DNA of 42,973 nucleotides from a virus (Duplodnaviria; Heunggongvirae; Uroviricota; Caudoviricetes): IMG/VR virus record IMGVR_UViG_3300011626_000001, positions 1 to 42,973 of that record; one strand, 5' to 3'. Shown piece by piece: positions 7,647 to 16,843 of this stretch (position 1 is its first letter; each line of letters starts with the position of its first letter). The notes under the pieces were generated by a model. It saw only the letters and a program-made list of their open reading frames with translations, ran no database searches and was not told where the DNA came from. The position numbers and the translations under genes were made by a program.

Positions 7647-10493
7647 TTATACACCCAGCAGGCGTCGACCCTGCCCTCTGTTCTGGAAATCCTGAAGCAT
7701 GTCCTGACGAGCCTGCTTAGCCCCGTCCGTCGCCCCTTTACGTGCAGCCTCTTCCATTGCCCTCTGAAGCGCCGCATCCCCGTTCCCGCTCACCTGTATG
7801 GTCTGATGGATAATGACGTCGCCGGACTTCACAGAGCTTGCCTGATCGCCACCAACCATCCTTACGCCGAGAGAGCCATCTGAAGAGCGGGTCAGAGGCA
7901 TGATGGCCTCTGGCCCCGCCTCACCGAATACTCCGGCGCCTTTGGCAAATGCAAAGAGCTTCGGTGAGTCGTAGATGCCACCGCTGTAAGCACTCAGAGA
8001 GGGAGAATCGTATACGCCGCCCTTGGCATTCAGGCTGAGGTTGTTGTATGCACCGCTGGAAAATGAGCTACTGGCTGAAGCCGACGATGCTGCGCCCGCA
8101 GCAGAGCCGAAAATTGAACCAAACATCCCGCTCGCCGACCCTGCTATCCCTACCAGAGACTGCCGGATAGCGATACGGGCAATATCGGCCAGCACTGAGT
8201 TGGCAAAGTCAGTGAATGACGCTTTGCCAGTGGTAGCGAACTTCACCAGTGCATCTTCCATATTGCCGAATGCATTAGTGAACAGCTGCTCAGACATGGC
8301 TGATACGTTCGCTGCGCTGTCTTTATATTCCTGCCATGCGCGCGATGCGCCGGCGGTAAAAGAGCCGCGCAGCTGGTTCATGCGAGCAATATGGTCGTCA
8401 TAGTTGCTCAGCTCTGTCTGCAGCGCCTCCTGCTGAAGCTGAATTTCCTGGTCAATCTCTTCGCGGGCAATATCACTCGTAGCCGACGCCCTGCTCTGGC
8501 GTAGCTGTGTGATTTTGTCGTTGTAAGATTGCTCAAGGGAAAGGCGCTGCGTGTACTGCTGCTGCTCGTTCTGGCTCAGGCCGCCGCCAGCGAAGAGCTC
8601 ATCAGCGGCGTACTGGTTCTGCCGGTTGGTGATGGTTCGCGTGATATCAGCGCGTGCCTTGTCCAGCGCCAGAAGCTTCTCACGCGTCTCAATCTGACGC
8701 TCTAACGCGGCATTCTGCTGCAGCTGCGAGGTGATAAGGTCAGCACTGGCAAGCAGCGACTTCTGGTCAGCGGTAAGCGTCTGCTTGCTCTTGATATCCG
8801 CAAGCTGCTGCTCCCATTTAATCAGCGCCTGCTGCTGCGTGCCAATCTTCTCGCCAGTGTCAGCCTGGCTCATCAGCACCTGCTGTTGCTGGCGAAGCTG
8901 GTCAAGCATCCTTGAGCCTGCATCTTCCGTATAGGCTTTATCCTTGGGCTGCTTCGGATCCTTATACATGTCGTTTATGCGCGAGACTCGCCGAGCATAT
9001 TCTTCTGCGGTTATTGCGCCAGCTTTGAGGAAGCTATTTTCTTTCTCAATTGCCTTGGCTCGCCGCTCCGAGTTACTCATTAACTGCTGCCCAGAGCGAT
9101 CTGCTTCCTGCTGTGTTTTTATTGCCTTGTCTTGCCTGTCTTGGTAATCAGAAATGGCATTATTCAGAACTCCTTGGGTAGTGATTTGGCTTTTCAGGGT
9201 TGAGATCTGCTGCTCCATTTCGCCAATGTTGTAGCCATTGGCGTTTGCCGTGAACCTATTCCATAGGCCACCTTCTGCTTGACGCTGCCTGGCATCAGCA
9301 AGGCTTGCTTCCAGATTGGCTAGTTGAGCTTCCGGTGTTTGCTGCCTGCCAATATCAAGCATTGAATCCCACGCCGATTTAGCCGCATCAGCAAGGGAAT
9401 TCCAAGCTGTTTCAAGTGTTCCAAGATTGCTCTCAATGTCCCTTGCTCGTTGGCTCATCGTCGTAGCATAAGCTTCGGTTGCAACGCGCGTTGCCTCCTG
9501 CTGATTACCCTGATCTTGTAGCGCTTTAATTTGGTTATAGGTAGAGAGAGTTAAGAAATGGTACTGGTCATTTAAGGAGGTAATTGCATCTACTGGCTTG
9601 GCTGAGATTTTCTCAAAATCAGAAACGATGCTGTCGGTTGACTCCCCCGTAGCCTTGCTTAGGCTTATTGCTGTCTCTGCCACAGAAGCCAGGGAGTCAC
9701 CAGCTAACTTTCCTGAGGCTACGAGCCTGTTTATTATCGCGGCTGAGTTGCCGACTGTGCCGCCAGTAATACGTGATATTTGCTGTGCTAGCTGACCTAG
9801 CTGACCCGCTGTGGTTCCGAGAGTATTTCCGCTAAGGATTAGCGATTTATTAAAATCTTCCTGCTCCTGAGATCCTTGGTAATACGCTAAAGCCAAAGCT
9901 CCTATTGCTGCGCCTGCCGTAGTGGCTGGGTTAATTAGTCCGCCAATATATGTTCCAACACTTCTTATGGCCGGACCTACACCACCGAACATATCTTTCA
10001 ACTGGCCGCCCTGCTGAAGCAAAACCATAAACGGGCTTTGCCCGCCGGCCAAGCTAACAGCTATATCGGTCATTTGCGCTGGTATCATGCGCATTTGATA
10101 GGCAGCTTGCTTAGCTGAAATTCCTGCCTTGCCCGCAGTATCGGCGAATCCAGTTAAGCGACCTCGCGCATCCTCTATCTTTTTCGAGTATTCGCTAAAC
10201 GTATCGGTGTCGATAAAACCTTTGGCCTGAAACTTAGCCAACTGGCGCTGTTGATCGTCAAGTCGGTTTAAGGCGGCGTTGACCGGGTCAATACGGTCAA
10301 GCAGGTCTGAGAGTGATTTCGCTTCCTGTTCCGTCGCTTTTGCTGTCTTTCCAGCGGAATCAGCGGCCTTCTGCCCGGCCTGAGTCATCTTCGCCAGTGC
10401 GCCTGCCAGACCTTCTGCATTACGCTGCGCGCCAGTGCTGTCGATGACTATCGCGAGACGTGATTGTTGTTCGGCCATGTTTTCTCCGGGCAT
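7647..10493 (-). CDS. Tail tape measure protein (948 aa)
   Basis: Very long, Ala/Gln-rich coiled-coil protein after the chaperone genes; real start is probably the second in-frame ATG (about 10478), which has a GGAG SD. Confidence 0.9.
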   Translation of the reverse strand: MPGENMAEQQSRLAIVIDSTGAQRNAEGLAGALAKMTQAGQKAADSAGKTAKATEQEAKSLSDLLDRIDPVNAALNRLDDQQRQLAKFQAKGFIDTDTFSEYSKKIEDARGRLTGFADTAGKAGISAKQAAYQMRMIPAQMTDIAVSLAGGQSPFMVLLQQGGQLKDMFGGVGPAIRSVGTYIGGLINPATTAGAAIGALALAYYQGSQEQEDFNKSLILSGNTLGTTAGQLGQLAQQISRITGGTVGNSAAIINRLVASGKLAGDSLASVAETAISLSKATGESTDSIVSDFEKISAKPVDAITSLNDQYHFLTLSTYNQIKALQDQGNQQEATRVATEAYATTMSQRARDIESNLGTLETAWNSLADAAKSAWDSMLDIGRQQTPEAQLANLEASLADARQRQAEGGLWNRFTANANGYNIGEMEQQISTLKSQITTQGVLNNAISDYQDRQDKAIKTQQEADRSGQQLMSNSERRAKAIEKENSFLKAGAITAEEYARRVSRINDMYKDPKQPKDKAYTEDAGSRMLDQLRQQQQVLMSQADTGEKIGTQQQALIKWEQQLADIKSKQTLTADQKSLLASADLITSQLQQNAALERQIETREKLLALDKARADITRTITNRQNQYAADELFAGGGLSQNEQQQYTQRLSLEQSYNDKITQLRQSRASATSDIAREEIDQEIQLQQEALQTELSNYDDHIARMNQLRGSFTAGASRAWQEYKDSAANVSAMSEQLFTNAFGNMEDALVKFATTGKASFTDFANSVLADIARIAIRQSLVGIAGSASGMFGSIFGSAAGAASSASASSSFSSGAYNNLSLNAKGGVYDSPSLSAYSGGIYDSPKLFAFAKGAGVFGEAGPEAIMPLTRSSDGSLGVRMVGGDQASSVKSGDVIIHQTIQVSGNGDAALQRAMEEAARKGATDGAKQARQDMLQDFQNRGQGRRLLGV

Positions 10494-10516
10494 AAAAAAA
10501 CCCCGCCGGAGCGAGG
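10494..10516 (-). terminator. Rho-independent terminator for the lipoprotein moron (hairpin + T7 on minus strand)
   Basis: Hairpin CCTCGC-TCCG-GCGGGG followed by TTTTTTT ending at the first ATG of the tape-measure ORF. Confidence 0.5.
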
Positions 10517-10535
10517 TTGCGTTTAGTCGTTTTAC

Positions 10536-10754
10536 TTAGGGGTTTGAGTTGTACTTGGACTTGTAATCACTTTCTAATTTTTCACAAGCGCCAGCAATAA
10601 AGCGCTTAGATGACTCGTCGAGTGATTTTTTGCTGTAGTTCTCCCAGCAGAGCTTGATGGCCCGCTGGTCAACCCTCTTTTCTTTTGCTTCCGGCGAGTT
10701 ATCGCAACCCGCCAATAATGCTATAGACAAAGCTAACAAAAACAGCTTCTTCAT
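10536..10754 (-). CDS. Small lipoprotein (72-aa precursor), candidate Llp/Cor-type superinfection-exclusion protein
   Basis: Internal start MKKLFLLALSIALLAGC gives a signal peptide with lipobox L-A-G-C; two further Cys in mature part; AT-rich; own promoter region. Confidence 0.6.
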   Translation of the reverse strand: MKKLFLLALSIALLAGCDNSPEAKEKRVDQRAIKLCWENYSKKSLDESSKRFIAGACEKLESDYKSKYNSNP

Positions 10755-10978
10755 ATCCCTATCCCCATGAGGTTTTATGGGATAAATCTTAACATGGCAG
10801 CAGAGCAAGACAATGCAAAACCATAAGCACTGATCATCTATCAGGATGTTTGATGTCAATTACCAGGGTAGTATGCTCCCCTTAACAAAGGGAGATGTGA
10901 CAAAACTTCTAAAAAGCTAAAGCTTTTTTTAAGTGAGTCGATACTAAGAGGTCACCATAATATTAATGGATTCCCATC

Positions 10979-11272
10979 ATGAAAATTTTTGATGATAAAG
11001 AGGCAACTGCCAGTATTGCTCCATTTGCCACAACTTGCGGAGCTGCATCATATAAAACTAATGGAGGAGAATATGTTGACCTTTTCTTCCTGAGGGCTTT
11101 CTTTTCTCTTGAAGGCGGGAGACCATCCAAAAATCAAGATGACCCCGATTTTCAGCATCAAGAGGCAGACCTAAAGCTAGCTAAGGTGGCTAGTGTAACA
11201 ATCCCTGCAGAGCAAGCAAAAGAGCTCATAAAAGCAATTGAGCATCAATTGAAGCTTCTCAAAGGCATGTAA
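10979..11272 (+). CDS. Hypothetical protein (97 aa), first gene of plus-strand moron pair
   Basis: ORF in track; AT-rich; divergent from the lipoprotein gene across a 120-bp AT-rich spacer. Confidence 0.45.
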   Translation: MKIFDDKEATASIAPFATTCGAASYKTNGGEYVDLFFLRAFFSLEGGRPSKNQDDPDFQHQEADLKLAKVASVTIPAEQAKELIKAIEHQLKLLKGM

Positions 11273-11273
11273 G

Positions 11274-11801
11274 ATGGATAATGGTTTAGTCGCACAGCCA
11301 TCAGTACGGACTAAATTACAGATTGCCCTTACTTCGCCTCCGGTTGGTTTTGCAGTAGAGTTACCAGATGGCGTTGAGGCCACAAAGTACTTAACTATAC
11401 TTGCCTCGCAAATCTCAAATGACCTAGAGGCTATGATTGCAAGTGTGGAGAGCGTATATCCACCATCAATCACGCTAGGCAGGGGTGAAATCGCTTTAAC
11501 TGGAGCAGTGATGAGCGAAAGAATAGCAAAGATAGAGCAGCGCTTAGAGCACCTTACAGAGGCTCTCGCTACTGTTAATGCCAAGCTAGATAAGATCATC
11601 GACAGTAGCGCCGACAGCAAGGCTGTTAACACTGTGATATTAGATAAGTTTGTCGAGTATGATAGAAAGCTAGACAAGAAGCCGAGCAAAGATGAAGTTG
11701 CAAAGTTGATATCTCAAGGAACAACTAAGCAGGTCCTCTGGATAGTTGGCATCTTGGTGTCCCTTGCCGTTGCAGCCGTAAAATTCTTACCGCACACTTA
11801 A
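11274..11801 (+). CDS. Hypothetical coiled-coil protein with C-terminal transmembrane anchor (175 aa)
   Basis: Start 1 nt after upstream stop; C-terminal QVLWIVGILVSLAVAAVKF hydrophobic helix; AT-rich. Confidence 0.5.
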   Translation: MDNGLVAQPSVRTKLQIALTSPPVGFAVELPDGVEATKYLTILASQISNDLEAMIASVESVYPPSITLGRGEIALTGAVMSERIAKIEQRLEHLTEALATVNAKLDKIIDSSADSKAVNTVILDKFVEYDRKLDKKPSKDEVAKLISQGTTKQVLWIVGILVSLAVAAVKFLPHT

Positions 11802-11830
11802 ACCCAGCCATGCTGGGTTTATGTCTTTTT
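11801..11830. terminator. Hairpin AACCCAGC-CATG-GCTGGGTT with T-rich tail; likely terminator of the moron pair
   Basis: 8-bp inverted repeat read directly; T-run imperfect. Confidence 0.4.
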
Positions 11831-12037
11831 ATCCTGCTTTCTTTCCCACTCCGCCCGGTCAGCATCGTCCAGGGCAAAGATAGCCGCCTCGAACTCATCG
11901 CGGTCTATCTCGAGTGGCTTACAGGCCAAGTAGGCATTGATATCTTCCAGGCTTATCGGCAACGGAGTTGCAGCCATGCCTGCGTACTTTCTGCTTCTGG
12001 TGATGATGGCATAGGCCCCGAGAATCTCGCTGCACAC
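11819..12037 (-). CDS. Tail assembly chaperone, T-like part (possibly expressed by -1 frameshift from the upstream gene)
   Basis: Lies between chaperone and tape-measure genes; its frame is -1 relative to the upstream gene and stays open across that gene's stop. Confidence 0.4.
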   Translation of the reverse strand: MCSEILGAYAIITRSRKYAGMAATPLPISLEDINAYLACKPLEIDRDEFEAAIFALDDADRAEWERKQDKKT

Positions 12038-12072
12038 GCCATCAATCTCAGGCTCAGGTATGGGAGGTAGCT

Positions 12073-12582
12073 TTAAGCGCTCTCGCTTCCAGCGGTTCTT
12101 TTCTCCTTGCTCCCCGCCGAACTCCCGGAGCCAGCTTTGGCTTGCGAGGACTTTCCCACCGTTTCCTGAGTCTGCGCCTCTTTACCCGCAGCAATGTCAG
12201 ATGCGGTGCTCAGAACGGCCCAGTACAGCTCCGGGTGCTGTAGAAGCAGCGCTTTGCCCTTCTCTGCTGAATATTCGATGGCTGTCTCATTGCCGCTCTC
12301 GTCAGCCTCGCCCACACCTTCCCAGCCCAGCAAGAGGTGTTTGGCAACAGAGTCAATCAGCAGGTCGTCAGAGATGTCGCTCACGTCGATATCAGCCGGG
12401 TTGAACTCAGATGTGCCGACCTTGAAACGCTCGTCGAGCTTGCTGATATGACGGCGCACCATAGCGTTATGAGAGCGAAACGCCGGATTGCTGATGGAAC
12501 CAACTTTCAGTTTCAGGTCCTTCATGGGCTCAATCCAGCGCTCTGAATTGGCATCAAATTTAGGTGTTTTCAGAATGAGCAT
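12073..12582 (-). CDS. Tail assembly chaperone (G-like, 169 aa)
   Basis: Position between major tail and tape-measure genes; acidic protein with Ser/Gly-rich C-terminus. Confidence 0.5.
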   Translation of the reverse strand: MLILKTPKFDANSERWIEPMKDLKLKVGSISNPAFRSHNAMVRRHISKLDERFKVGTSEFNPADIDVSDISDDLLIDSVAKHLLLGWEGVGEADESGNETAIEYSAEKGKALLLQHPELYWAVLSTASDIAAGKEAQTQETVGKSSQAKAGSGSSAGSKEKRTAGSESA

Positions 12583-12626
12583 GTTCTTCTCTGTAAGCAG
12601 CCCGCCGCTATGGACGGGCGATTAGA

Positions 12627-13799
12627 TTAAGACGCGGTAACGGTGATCGCCGTAGTTGCCGTGAACGAGCGAACTTTGGCGGTGATGGTTGCCGAACCTT
12701 CCTTCACTCGCGTTACCTGTGCCGTTTTCTGGCCGGTTGATGCGACGGTCGCTACTGACGGGTCTGAGGATTCCCAAACCACCGTGTCTGTTGCGCCTGC
12801 AGGAGTCAGTGTTGCGGTCAGGGTCACGTTTGAACCAACGGCGCCCGTTGAGGTTGCAGGCGCGACTGACAGCGCAGTAGCAGCTACAACAGCTGAGCGC
12901 GTGATGGTAGGCGGAGTGTCTGCAGCGGTGATGTTGAGCTGCACCTGCACAATGTCAGTGTTGCCGCCATCCGGCCAGTCGCCGTCGACCTGCACCGCCG
13001 GGAAGTCAAAGACGTATTTGCCTTCGTCGTTCTCCAGCGTGAAGCCAAACTGCATCGTTTCGCCAGAGAGCGTTTTCTTCCACGCGTTATACGCTTCTTT
13101 CGACCATGAAAGCGTGATGCTGCCAGACGGGGTGAACGTGGTCGGGATGTTGGCGCCAGCGAACGGGTTGCCACTACCGATACAGCGCTGCGTCTGCAGA
13201 TTATTATCGAACTGGATATTGAAGGTATCAACGCAGAAACCATCACCGCCCGTTACGCCATTCAGAGAGATGGCTGTGACCTGCTTGAAGGTGTAACGAA
13301 GGTCGCCAGCGCCATCGGCTGGGTTAGAAAAGTAACTGGTGTCATCGGCCTTAGTGTCAAAGCCGAGACCTGCAAACGTCACTGTCGCGGTAATGTCGCC
13401 ATCGTTCGGGATAGCCAGCTGAAAGGTGCCTACCTGACAACCGCGCGCAATGGATGCCACGCCGATATCTTCAGCGTAGGACGCTAAAGAGAATGCGATG
13501 CGATCATTGCCCATGGTGAGCGTGTTATTCACCCACTCTGCGCCGAAGCAAGATGCCAGAAAATCATCATGCTGACCCCATCGAAACTTGGTGCCTACAT
13601 CACCGCCGACGTCCACAGTGCCGGTAGAGCGTCCCAGCGCCATACGGGAGCCGCCAATTTCATCGTTGTCGATCATGTTCTGTGACGGGCCAACACCAAA
13701 GCTGCTGCGCTTCAGCAGATTCCATGTGCCTGTCGCAGGCGTGGTGCCGGGCGTGGTTTCGCGAATATACGCGGTAACGACCTTAGCGCCTGAGCTCAT
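12627..13799 (-). CDS. Major tail protein with C-terminal Ig-like (Big_2-type) domain
   Basis: Position; C-terminal 80 aa Thr/Ala/Val-rich beta-sandwich segment typical of Ig-like decorations on major tail proteins. Confidence 0.7.
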   Translation of the reverse strand: MSSGAKVVTAYIRETTPGTTPATGTWNLLKRSSFGVGPSQNMIDNDEIGGSRMALGRSTGTVDVGGDVGTKFRWGQHDDFLASCFGAEWVNNTLTMGNDRIAFSLASYAEDIGVASIARGCQVGTFQLAIPNDGDITATVTFAGLGFDTKADDTSYFSNPADGAGDLRYTFKQVTAISLNGVTGGDGFCVDTFNIQFDNNLQTQRCIGSGNPFAGANIPTTFTPSGSITLSWSKEAYNAWKKTLSGETMQFGFTLENDEGKYVFDFPAVQVDGDWPDGGNTDIVQVQLNITAADTPPTITRSAVVAATALSVAPATSTGAVGSNVTLTATLTPAGATDTVVWESSDPSVATVASTGQKTAQVTRVKEGSATITAKVRSFTATTAITVTAS

Positions 13800-13824
13800 A
13801 ATTATTTCTCCAGGGTTATGCGCC

Positions 13825-14217
13825 TCATACGGCGCGATAAGGTATTTGAATGTTCATCTGCGCCCAGCTATCCGTTTCGCCCGCATCAACTGCACTCACC
13901 GCAAAATAATCGAGCCGACCATCCGTCTGGAACTCGAACAGCTCGCGGAGCTTGTCTGCCGTCTGCGTGATGAGCAGCGAGCCAGAACCTGCTGGCACAA
14001 AAATTTGAATGACTGCAATGCCCGTGCGTTGCACTACGGGGCCAGCGCCGATTTCGTTTGCTGAGGCCATGCCAGGGATATTCGTCAGGCGCGCCCAGAT
14101 GGACTTGCCGGACGGATCGAAAGTTGGCCCATTCGGGTAGCTGACAGAATCGGAGGCAATAGCGGTCTGCGCCGTCATCCGGGAGATGATGGCGTTTCTG
14201 ATTTCAGTGAGCGTCAT
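13825..14217 (-). CDS. Tail terminator / tail completion protein (130 aa)
   Basis: Operon position between head-tail joining genes and major tail gene. Confidence 0.4.
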   Translation of the reverse strand: MTLTEIRNAIISRMTAQTAIASDSVSYPNGPTFDPSGKSIWARLTNIPGMASANEIGAGPVVQRTGIAVIQIFVPAGSGSLLITQTADKLRELFEFQTDGRLDYFAVSAVDAGETDSWAQMNIQIPYRAV

Positions 14218-14594
14218 TTGTAGGCCTGAGTTACACCGTGGAATGAGACGCCATAGACGCCTGCTGGAGCCTGCTGTGAATGCCCGTTTTCGAGCGCTTC
14301 AGCGTATGGCAGATTGTTCTGGATATAGATGACTGAATAAGGCTTCCCGTTAGCGATTACAGCACTTCCGCGCTGTATTGCTTCCGAGCCTGACTTATCG
14401 ACGCCTTCGAGTTCACTGTAATCTGCTGAGCTAAGGCTGACGATGTTGTTATTGCGAAAGCGCCCACTGTCGACAGGAGACCGCTGAACAATCTCAGTCA
14501 ACAACGCCATCGAGATGATGCGCAGCTTCTTGCCAACCTCTTCCTCAACCAGACCAGCAAAAAGCGTTGGGTCGGTATCCCATCCCTTAGCCAT
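14214..14594 (-). CDS. Head-tail joining protein (126 aa)
   Basis: Operon position; overlapping start/stop. Confidence 0.4.
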   Translation of the reverse strand: MAKGWDTDPTLFAGLVEEEVGKKLRIISMALLTEIVQRSPVDSGRFRNNNIVSLSSADYSELEGVDKSGSEAIQRGSAVIANGKPYSVIYIQNNLPYAEALENGHSQQAPAGVYGVSFHGVTQAYK

Positions 14595-15016
14595 TACTTT
14601 CTCCTTAACTGAATGCGGTACGTTGCGCCAGCCGGATCAGGTGATAGCGTCACGATGCGATAGCTCTGAGGCAGACCAGTCGCAAGATCAGGTGCTGTGA
14701 TGGTGTGGCTCTCGCTGGGGATGTCAGTCACTTCATTAGCCAGCGCGGTTAGCCGCAAGTCGCCATGGAGGATATTCACGCCATCAATTCGGCTCAGCTC
14801 ATAGCGTGACAGGACACCACGACCGGAATAGCTTCGGGTTGTCTCACCGCCTGTCTCTGTTACCGGGTCCCAGCCCGCTTGCACTGTGTAGCTGCCAGTG
14901 AAGGGGTGAACTGCATCAGCCAGGTCAGTATCGAAAGCTTCTGCCAGCTCAGCCTGTAGCTCGTCTCGAATGCCCATTATCGATACACCCTGAAAGCGAG
15001 AGGATTGCTGCGCCAC
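14594..15016 (-). CDS. Head-tail adaptor / head closure protein (140 aa)
   Basis: Operon position. Confidence 0.4.
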   Translation of the reverse strand: MAQQSSRFQGVSIMGIRDELQAELAEAFDTDLADAVHPFTGSYTVQAGWDPVTETGGETTRSYSGRGVLSRYELSRIDGVNILHGDLRLTALANEVTDIPSESHTITAPDLATGLPQSYRIVTLSPDPAGATYRIQLRRK

Positions 15017-15372
15017 GGCTTCAGCAGAGCGAGCGCCAGCTGCACGTCTTCGGGCAGTGAAGCGCTACCGACTGACTGTGTCGAGGCGTAGCTTTTGGTC
15101 ACCCTCACCCCGTCAGCATCAACCGTTTTGCTGGTCAGCGCGCCAGATTCAACCTGCTGCTTATAGAGCACACCAGCAGCTGATGCAGAGGCGAGAAACG
15201 CGCCCGCCTGCTTTACATCATCAGGAGTGGCGTCAGGGAGGTCCTGCAGGTTGAGCGCTGTCAGATAGGCGTTAGCCTCCAGGACTGCACGCGCTTTCTT
15301 CTCTGGCGTCGTCCAGTCAGCGCCCAGCACCTCATCCACGTCAGCGACGGTAATGTACGTTGTCATGTTCAC
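14977..15372 (-). CDS. Head-tail connector protein (131 aa)
   Basis: Operon position after capsid-associated genes. Confidence 0.4.
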   Translation of the reverse strand: MNMTTYITVADVDEVLGADWTTPEKKARAVLEANAYLTALNLQDLPDATPDDVKQAGAFLASASAAGVLYKQQVESGALTSKTVDADGVRVTKSYASTQSVGSASLPEDVQLALALLKPWRSNPLAFRVYR

Positions 15373-15403
15373 TCCGTGCTAAATGGGGCCGAAGCCCCGA
15401 TGA

Positions 15404-15769
15404 TTACTCCGCGGCTTTCAGAGCGGCAACCAGGTCAGCCTTGGCGTCTGTGGTTTTGTATTCGATGCCTTTGGCATCCAGTCGCTCTTTAAGTTGGGCT
15501 ACGGTCAGGCTGTTGATATCTTCCGCCTGCAGCTCTTCTGGCGCTGGCTCAGAGGGCACGCCATCCTGGCTGGCAATCTGCTTGTTATCCAGCGAATCGC
15601 CGCCGCCAGTATTCACCGCGCCTTCGTCTTTCGGCTCGTTGCGCACGTGATCCACGCCGCCGGTTTCGCCAACCGTTTGGGGGCCGACTTTGATTTCGCC
15701 ATCAGAGCCAGCAAAGCCCCAGCGCGCCTTGTCGTTCGGGTCTACGTAATGATCTTTTGCTACGGTCAT
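15404..15769 (-). CDS. Capsid-associated protein with C-terminal Rho-N/HeH-like motif (121 aa)
   Basis: Gly/Asp-rich; C-terminal LTVAQLKERLDAKGIEY resembles SAP/Rho-N-type helix-extension-helix motifs; directly after the capsid gene. Confidence 0.4.
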   Translation of the reverse strand: MTVAKDHYVDPNDKARWGFAGSDGEIKVGPQTVGETGGVDHVRNEPKDEGAVNTGGGDSLDNKQIASQDGVPSEPAPEELQAEDINSLTVAQLKERLDAKGIEYKTTDAKADLVAALKAAE

Positions 15770-15812
15770 GATGACCTCCTGATTAGGCCCCGGAAGACCG
15801 GGGCGTTAATGT

Positions 15813-16832
15813 TTATGCCGCAACAGTTGAAGTCACGAACGCCAGCGGAACCTGCTTACGGTCGAACTTGCGATCCCAGTTAGTAGCCAGAGCCAGGTCA
15901 GCCCAGTTAGCAGAAATCGGCCGCGTGGTGGTTGGCGTGCCGGTGATGGTGGTGCCGAGGAAGGAGTAGCCCAGCGGATGAATTACGAAATCGCGACGCG
16001 TCCAGAGTGTTTCCGTGCCGCCACCGTTGCCGCGGGCAGGTTCGCGATCGTACTCCAGACCATCCTCGCCAGCCGGCTGACGCTCTGCGTAACCCAGCGC
16101 ACCCGGCCCGAAGATGACCGACAGGTACTTAGCGTCGGCGCCAGTGCCAACGACCGGCATGCTGTCATCAACGACAACGCGCATACCCTGGAAGCGACCG
16201 AACTCAGGGATTTGGTCAGCCAGTGGGGTAAAGTCGATGAGGTTGAGGATCTGCAGCTCAGTCTGCACGGCAGAGTGCATTGCAATGACGCTCAGGCCGC
16301 CAAGCTGGCCGGAGTAATCGCCCATTGTTGCCTTGGCGCGGATGATAGAAGCCGCGTTGATGGTGCCGCCTGCGTCGATAACCATGTCGCCGCCATCGTT
16401 GGCAACGTTGTCGTTGTAGATGCCGATTGTGGTTGCGATAGCACGGCGTTGCGCCTGACGCTGCCAGTAGCTGATAAGGCGGTTGCCGACGAACTCCAGC
16501 GGATCTTGATTGGTGATGTTTTTCACCAGATTCATGGCGTTCCAGCCTTCGTTCAGGTATGCCGCGCGCGCCTGCATGCTTGCAGAGGTTACGGACAGCG
16601 GAACAGCGATGTCGGTGTACACATCGTTCGAGTAGTTCGGCTCGATAGACGCGTCCAGGTCAACCCACCACGGAATGGTAAAGGTGTTAGACGGGCCTGC
16701 AAGCAGCGTGCTCATGTCGTTGTTGCTGGTCAGGATGCCCGACTCAAAAAACGCGGTGCGCTCTGCTGCGTTAACGTTGATGTAGTCGCGCAGCTCGTCG
16801 CGGAAAACTACGTCAGAAAGAATGGTTGGCAT
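15813..16832 (-). CDS. Major capsid protein (339 aa)
   Basis: Size and position after scaffold gene; family not identified by eye. Confidence 0.65.
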   Translation of the reverse strand: MPTILSDVVFRDELRDYINVNAAERTAFFESGILTSNNDMSTLLAGPSNTFTIPWWVDLDASIEPNYSNDVYTDIAVPLSVTSASMQARAAYLNEGWNAMNLVKNITNQDPLEFVGNRLISYWQRQAQRRAIATTIGIYNDNVANDGGDMVIDAGGTINAASIIRAKATMGDYSGQLGGLSVIAMHSAVQTELQILNLIDFTPLADQIPEFGRFQGMRVVVDDSMPVVGTGADAKYLSVIFGPGALGYAERQPAGEDGLEYDREPARGNGGGTETLWTRRDFVIHPLGYSFLGTTITGTPTTTRPISANWADLALATNWDRKFDRKQVPLAFVTSTVAA

Positions 16833-16843
16833 TGCTTAAATCC

